From Candidatus Woesearchaeota archaeon (lineage in GTDB: Archaea > Nanobdellota > Nanobdellia > SCGC-AAA011-G17 > GW2011-AR20): 64,000 bases of DNA. Shown in pieces: positions 58,327 to 64,000 of this stretch. Every line of letters begins with the position of its first letter. Positions within the stretch are counted from its first letter, which is position 1. The translations under genes and the position numbers were made by a program. The notes below the pieces were generated by a model. That model was not told where the DNA came from, made no database searches, and saw only the letters and a list, made by a program, of their open reading frames with translations. The stretch is from NCBI GenBank assembly GCA_018303005.1, contig JAGVYY010000031.1, forward strand, positions 24,994 through 88,993. The letters run 5' to 3'.

Positions 58327-59512
58327 GAATGTATTATTAGTCTTATTAGTGGTATTAGTGGTAGCAAAATTAATGGGTGGTTTATTTCAGAAGATAGGTT
58401 TAGACAGTTCTATTGGTGAATTATTGACAGGTGTTATTTTGGGTTCATATTTATTAAATCTTGTTGATGCTGAAAAAATAGAACCCTTTGCTTTATTAGG
58501 CTCAATTCTTATTTTATTTATCGCAGGATTAAAGCAGAGTGATATTCAAGAAATGCTAGAAGAAAAAAAGGCGTTTCACATAGGGATTACATTGCTTTTT
58601 GTAACATCTATTTTAATGAGTCTATTATTTTATTATGTTTTAAGGTATTTTGGAATTGAATTCAGTATTGTGCAGGCCATTGTCTTGGGGATTGCATTTG
58701 CTATTATTGATATTGGAGTTCCAGCCAAAGTATTTATATCAAATGGGCTTATTAATTTACCAATTGGAAAACTAATAATTAGGTCGGCAATAATAAATAT
58801 CATTCTTGGCTTATTCTTATTCACAATAGTTACTATATTCTTTAAGCCAAGTTTTTTTGACATATTAACTAAGATTGTAGGAATTTTATTATTTGTCGGA
58901 ATTATAATAGGCCTCATTTATTTCCTGACTAAAATATCTCAATTTGTGATGAAACTTCACATAGAAGAAGCTGAATTATCTTTATCTTTAATATTGGTAC
59001 TTGCATTGGCTTATTTAAGTGATAAGATTGGTTTTTCAAGTGTTTTAGGTGCTTTTATAGCCGGAGTTTTAATTGCAAAAATGCCTTTTAGCGAGACAAC
59101 CACATTCTCACAAAAAATAAAATCAATTTCATTTGGTTTGTTTATTCCATTATTCTTCGTATGGTTTGGTTTAGAGATTGATGTTAATTATATAATACAA
59201 AATATTCTTCTGATATTTCTTATTTTTGTTTCATACACAGCCATAAGGTTTTTCTTAATGTATTTGTTTATGAAAAAATATAAAATTAAAACGATAGGAG
59301 TAGTAAGTTCCTCAATGCTTTCAATAGATGTTGAAAGCTTGGTTATATTATTGGTTGCGAAACAATTGGGGATTTTTACAGATGAAATTCCTCTTTCTCT
59401 ATTTGCACCATCTGTTTTATTAAGTACATTAGTAATAGTGATATTAGTGGCCGTATTTTCAAAAAAAGAATTAAAAAATAAAAAGAGGTTAATAAGCATA
59501 AATGAATCTTGA
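58319..59512 (+). CDS. CPA2 cation:proton antiporter
   Basis: GELLTGVILG, LFIAGL, LGAFIAG, FIPLFFVWFGL. Confidence 0.9.
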   Translation: MIENVLLVLLVVLVVAKLMGGLFQKIGLDSSIGELLTGVILGSYLLNLVDAEKIEPFALLGSILILFIAGLKQSDIQEMLEEKKAFHIGITLLFVTSILMSLLFYYVLRYFGIEFSIVQAIVLGIAFAIIDIGVPAKVFISNGLINLPIGKLIIRSAIINIILGLFLFTIVTIFFKPSFFDILTKIVGILLFVGIIIGLIYFLTKISQFVMKLHIEEAELSLSLILVLALAYLSDKIGFSSVLGAFIAGVLIAKMPFSETTTFSQKIKSISFGLFIPLFFVWFGLEIDVNYIIQNILLIFLIFVSYTAIRFFLMYLFMKKYKIKTIGVVSSSMLSIDVESLVILLVAKQLGIFTDEIPLSLFAPSVLLSTLVIVILVAVFSKKELKNKKRLISINES

Positions 59513-60860
59513 CAAATTCTTTAAAGCAAAATCTATTGCAATAGTAGGAGTTTCTCAGAATCCAAGTAAGGTAGGCCATGTGATATTTAGAAATTTAATA
59601 GATTCAGGATATAAAGGAGATATATTTATTATAAATCCAAACACAAAAGAGATTCTTGGGTATAAGTCATATAAGAAAATTTATGATATAAAAAATGAGA
59701 TTGATCTGGCAGTAATAGCAGTGCCGGTAGATTTGGTCTTTCAAGTGCTAGAGGATTGTAACAAAAAAAGAGTCAAAAATATTATTATTGTAACCTCAGG
59801 CTTTAAAGAAATAGGAAACTATCAGTTAGAAAACAAGATTAGGAACTTCTTAATTCAGAACAAGATAGATATGATCGGGGTAAATTGTCTTGGAGTGCTG
59901 GACACTTACACAAATGTTGATACATTATTCCTGCCAAGATTCAGATTGAAGAGACCACCTAAAGGAGGGATATCTTTTATTTCACAATCTGGTGCAGTAG
60001 GCTCAACAATATTAGATTTGGCTGCAAAGAATGATTATGGCTTTTCAAAGTTTATAAGTTACGGCAATGCAACTCAAATTGATGAATCTGACTTGATGGA
60101 TTACCTGATTAATGATAAGCAGACAAAAGTTATTTGTATGTACATTGAAGGTGTTGTTGACGGAAAGAAATTCATAGAAACTGCAAAAAAAGCAACAAGG
60201 AAGAAACCAGTGCTTGTGCTTAAAGGGGGGATTACAGAAGAAAGCAATACAGCAACTATAAGTCATACAGGATCTTTGGCAGGAGACGCAGCAATATACA
60301 AAGGTGTATTTAAGCAGACAGGTATCATACAGGTTTCAACAATGGAAGAAATATTTGATTATAGCAAATTACTTGAAAATTCCATAAAACCGAAAGGCCG
60401 AAGAATTCAGGTAATAACAAATGGTGGTGGTTTTGGCATAATAACTACTGATTCCATAATAAAGAATGATCTGGTTTTGGCAGAGCTCTCTGATTCAAGT
60501 AAAAAGATATTAAAGAAAAATTTTCCACCAATAGCCCAGATACATAATCCACTTGATCTTTTAGGAGATGCTAATACAGAAAGATATAAGCTGGCAATTG
60601 AAACATGTATGAATGACAGTAACATAGACATTATATTGGTGATTGCCTTGCTCCAAACACCTTTAGTCACAGTAGATATCGTTGATGTAATAACAGAGTT
60701 AAACGATATAAAGAAAAAACCGATAATTGTGGTATGCACGGGAGGAAACTTCACGCAGGTATTGAAGGATTCATTAGAAGAAAACGGTGTGCCAACATTT
60801 ACTTTTCCAGAGAACGCAGTGAAATCTATTAAATCATTAGTTGATTACGCAAGGAAGTGA
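59502..60860 (+). CDS. acdA: ADP-forming acyl-CoA synthetase alpha subunit
   Basis: SIAIVGVS, GVNCLG, SQSGA, SHTGSLAG, TNGGG, NPLDLLGDA. Confidence 0.94.
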   Translation: MNLDKFFKAKSIAIVGVSQNPSKVGHVIFRNLIDSGYKGDIFIINPNTKEILGYKSYKKIYDIKNEIDLAVIAVPVDLVFQVLEDCNKKRVKNIIIVTSGFKEIGNYQLENKIRNFLIQNKIDMIGVNCLGVLDTYTNVDTLFLPRFRLKRPPKGGISFISQSGAVGSTILDLAAKNDYGFSKFISYGNATQIDESDLMDYLINDKQTKVICMYIEGVVDGKKFIETAKKATRKKPVLVLKGGITEESNTATISHTGSLAGDAAIYKGVFKQTGIIQVSTMEEIFDYSKLLENSIKPKGRRIQVITNGGGFGIITTDSIIKNDLVLAELSDSSKKILKKNFPPIAQIHNPLDLLGDANTERYKLAIETCMNDSNIDIILVIALLQTPLVTVDIVDVITELNDIKKKPIIVVCTGGNFTQVLKDSLEENGVPTFTFPENAVKSIKSLVDYARK

Positions 60861-61697
60861 TTATCTTAGTCTTCTTCCAGTGATATTGAGTATTTCCTGG
60901 AAGAACATAGTATTGAATTTTTTGCTGCCATAGTCTTTGAAGTATATCTTTTTCAAGTTGCTGAACATGCCGTCAAGTTTTTTAATCTTTATGTTGGAAT
61001 TATCTTCAATATACTTCAAAAATAAGTCATAATTATAAATCTCGAATTTTTCAGCAGGCCAGATAGCAGTGAACAAAGAAAGTTGGATCTTAAGGACATC
61101 ATCTATGAACCTGCTGTTTTTAATGTCCTTATTTTTGAATAAGGCACCCAGATCTCTTTTTTTCGAAAAATACTGATAATAATATCTCATAAGATAATTT
61201 CCAAGATCCATCTGCATAAGTCTTTCATTGACATATAAATCCTTTAGCAGCATCATAGAATGCTTCATTATGTCAAATATCACATTAGAATCCTTTTTTT
61301 TAACTCTGCTTTTTTTAATGTTTATATAAATGACTTTTTTTAAATCTGATATCATTCTCTTATCAAAATAATCAGGGGTTTTTATATGCATTAATTCATG
61401 TAATATAAGGCCCGTGAGAGCATCCCTGTCATAAAGAAGATAATCTTCATTTTTTAGATCTATTATGATGTAATTAATATTGTCATGTACATAGGAAAAA
61501 GAGACTTCTTTCTTACACAGGTTAATGAATTCTTTCTTTGATTCTGCAGTAAGCTTGTTTATTGCAGAGATACAGTCGCTCTTATTATGTATTATGTAGA
61601 ACACAACATTATTGGGTATCTTGGTTATCATATTTACATGTTTTATTACATCCAAAAAATATCCTCGGTCAAAACCTTTTTTAATAATGGCTTTCAT
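60861..61697 (-). CDS. Hypothetical protein with HExxH motif
   Basis: GLILHELMH, KDLYVN. Confidence 0.6.
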   Translation of the reverse strand: MKAIIKKGFDRGYFLDVIKHVNMITKIPNNVVFYIIHNKSDCISAINKLTAESKKEFINLCKKEVSFSYVHDNINYIIIDLKNEDYLLYDRDALTGLILHELMHIKTPDYFDKRMISDLKKVIYINIKKSRVKKKDSNVIFDIMKHSMMLLKDLYVNERLMQMDLGNYLMRYYYQYFSKKRDLGALFKNKDIKNSRFIDDVLKIQLSLFTAIWPAEKFEIYNYDLFLKYIEDNSNIKIKKLDGMFSNLKKIYFKDYGSKKFNTMFFQEILNITGRRLR

Positions 61698-61754
61698 GAG
61701 AGGAATCTTAGAAGAGTTTATATATAAGTTTAATTGTTTTATATACAATGAGAG

Positions 61755-62774
61755 GTGATTTTATTGCATCTATTACATAAATTGATGAATGCATCAGGAA
61801 TCTCTGGTTCTGAAGAAGACGTGCGAGAAATTCTGAAAAGAGAAGTAAGGAAGTATGTCTCGGATGTCAAGGTTGACAAATTAGGAAATTTAATAGCGCA
61901 TAAAAAAGGCAAAGCGCCAAAAATAATGCTCGCTGCCCATATGGATGAGATAGGTCTGATAATAAAAAGCATCGACCAAAAAGGAAGGATTTACTTTTCA
62001 AGTCTTGGAGGAATTGAACCATTGACGTTGTTGGGGCAGAGAGTGCATGTTCTAAAGAAAAATGGTTTTATCAATGGTTTTATAACTTTGAATGAGATAA
62101 GCAATGATGCATTAATGAACAGATTGCCTGAAATGACAGATCTATTTATTGACACTGGTCTTGACAAGGCTGAATTGGAAAAGGCAGGTGTTGAGATTGG
62201 GTCTAACATTTCTCTCGGATTCAGACACAATTTCAATCTAGGAAAAAAAGACATAATTGCAGGCAAGGCATTGGATGACAGAATAGGATGCTATATACTG
62301 ACAGAGCTGATAAAGAAGTCTCATAAATTCAAATCTGAGGTATTTTTTGTTTTTACCGTGCAGGAAGAGATAGGGCTTTATGGTGCAAAGACATCAGCAT
62401 ATGAAATAAATCCTGACTATGCAATCGTAGCAGAAGCAACAAGCTCTGACGATATGAAGCCTGAGCCAACAATAAGCATCGGAAAGGGTCCTTGCTTGAC
62501 AATAAAAGATGCTGAATCTGTTTCAGATAAGAAGCTAAACAAGTGGATTAAAGAAGTAGCAAAACAGAAAAGTATAGCAATACAATATGACATAAATGAT
62601 ATCGGAACTACTGATGCGATGACTATAAGCATTTCAAAAGGAGGGGTGCCTGCTGCTGTGATATCAGTAGCTATAAGAAATATACATAGTGCAATGGGCA
62701 TAGCACATGCAGAGGACATAAGGAATGCAATATTGCTTTTTGAGGAGCTGCTGAAGAAGCCTATAAATTATTAG
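61755..62774 (+). CDS. M42-family aminopeptidase, paralog 2
   Basis: AAHMDEIG, KALDDRIG, VQEEIG, GTTDA, RNIHS. Confidence 0.93.
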   Translation: MILLHLLHKLMNASGISGSEEDVREILKREVRKYVSDVKVDKLGNLIAHKKGKAPKIMLAAHMDEIGLIIKSIDQKGRIYFSSLGGIEPLTLLGQRVHVLKKNGFINGFITLNEISNDALMNRLPEMTDLFIDTGLDKAELEKAGVEIGSNISLGFRHNFNLGKKDIIAGKALDDRIGCYILTELIKKSHKFKSEVFFVFTVQEEIGLYGAKTSAYEINPDYAIVAEATSSDDMKPEPTISIGKGPCLTIKDAESVSDKKLNKWIKEVAKQKSIAIQYDINDIGTTDAMTISISKGGVPAAVISVAIRNIHSAMGIAHAEDIRNAILLFEELLKKPINY

Positions 62775-62775
62775 G

Positions 62776-62958
62776 ATGAAACGAAAATCATTGCAACAGA
62801 TTGAAGATTTCTACATTACAAAGGGATATCATGGAGAAAATATTAGAAAAGCTCTTGGAAAAGATAATGAATATCAAGGAGCATCAAGGCTTACTAAAAG
62901 AAAACAAAAATTAACAAAAAAATTTAAGGTGAATAACACAGAAAGGAAAAGATGTTGA
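62776..62958 (+). CDS. Small hypothetical protein (possibly truncated)
   Basis: 60-aa ORF directly after M42 gene. Confidence 0.4.
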   Translation: MKRKSLQQIEDFYITKGYHGENIRKALGKDNEYQGASRLTKRKQKLTKKFKVNNTERKRC

Positions 62959-63000
62959 AAACATCAAACAAGATCATAAAAAAATATTAAAATATTTACT

Positions 63001-63942
63001 ATGAAAAGAAAAACTGTTTTAATTGCTTTAGGCGGAAATGCTATCATAAAAAAAGGGGAAGAAGAAACTTACTCTAATCTAATTAAGAATATTAAGATTA
63101 TCTGTGAGAATTTAATTCCAATAATAAAAAATAACAAAGTAATTATTACTCATGGGAATGGATCAGAGATAGGATTCATTCTTCTACAAAATGAACTTGC
63201 CAGAAGAAAAGTCCCACCAATGCCTTTAGATATTTTAGGAGCAGAATCCCAAGGTTTGATTGGTTATCCTTTAGAAGAACAGTTATTGAATAGATTAAGA
63301 AAACATAGAATAGATAAGCATATAACAACAATATTGACCCAAACATTGGTTAACAAAAATGATACAGCTTTCAAAGATCCAACAAAGTTTATTGGCCCGT
63401 TTTACACAAAAAAACAGACTTTTGAACTGATTAAGAGGGGAATGAAGATTAAGGAAGACCAAGGAAGAGGCTATAGAAGGGTTGTTTCGTCTCCAAAACC
63501 AATAAAGATTCTAGAGGCGGATTCAATTAAAGATTTATTAAAACAAGATAGTATTGTAATTGCAGCAGGTGGCGGTGGAATTCCAGTAATAAAAGACAAA
63601 AAAGGAAATCTAAAAGGTGTTGAAGCTGTCATCGACAAGGACTTGGCAAGCTCTTGCTTGGCTAAATCAATCAAAGTAGACATTATGCTGATATTAACAG
63701 GCGTACATAAAGTTCCCATAAACTTCAGAAAGAAAAACCAAAAATACTTAGACAAGCTAAATATAAAAACTGCAGAGTATTACATGAAACAAGGACAATT
63801 CCCTCCTGGAAATATGGGGCCGAAGATAGAAGCTGCAATTGATTTTATAAAAAGCGGAAAAGGGAAAAAAGTTATAATAACAAGCCCAGAAAATGCATTA
63901 AAAGCTTTAAAAGGAAAAACAGGAACTTTGATTGTAAAGTAA
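63001..63942 (+). CDS. arcC: Carbamate kinase
   Basis: IALGGNA, THGNG, PTKFIG, GGGGIPV, EAVIDKD, MGPKIEAA. Confidence 0.95.
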   Translation: MKRKTVLIALGGNAIIKKGEEETYSNLIKNIKIICENLIPIIKNNKVIITHGNGSEIGFILLQNELARRKVPPMPLDILGAESQGLIGYPLEEQLLNRLRKHRIDKHITTILTQTLVNKNDTAFKDPTKFIGPFYTKKQTFELIKRGMKIKEDQGRGYRRVVSSPKPIKILEADSIKDLLKQDSIVIAAGGGGIPVIKDKKGNLKGVEAVIDKDLASSCLAKSIKVDIMLILTGVHKVPINFRKKNQKYLDKLNIKTAEYYMKQGQFPPGNMGPKIEAAIDFIKSGKGKKVIITSPENALKALKGKTGTLIVK

Positions 63943-64000
63943 TGTTATAACTCCAAATTAATACCCAAACCATAAACAAGCTTATCATTCAGGTCTTTGC

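Overview
AT-rich archaeal chromosome segment, most likely a DPANN archaeon (Woesearchaeota/Pacearchaeota-like; inferred from archaeal r-proteins, Cdc48, RadB, fused PriS-PriL primase, BHB-intron tRNAs, no adk/cmk in the spc cluster). Housekeeping content: argS, serS, topA, radB, cdc48, rsmA, four tRNAs (three with introns), the full L3-SecY r-protein superoperon, prefoldin, primase, surface proteins and a peptide-fermentation cluster. Notable items: (1) an ORB-like origin element inside the coding sequence of a winged-helix gene, with iteron-like repeats and a 37-bp palindrome nearby (6.9-7.7 kb); (2) a perfect 11-6-11 dif-like site at 12084-12111, surrounded by toxin-antitoxin/orphan cassettes bounded by repeated half-site-like motifs and ending at an XerA-type recombinase, suggesting Xer-driven cassette accretion; (3) a Lon C-terminal half that begins with a stand-alone C-intein behind a decayed LAGLIDADG ORF (candidate split intein); (4) a decayed diversity-generating retroelement (target/VR, TR, RT pseudogene) whose TR carries a 27-nt insert that folds like a BHB intron; (5) an orphan ORF translationally coupled between rpl4 and rpl23. 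Several internal deletions in conserved genes may be assembly gaps, so pseudogene calls need read-level checking. All alignments and folds were done by eye.
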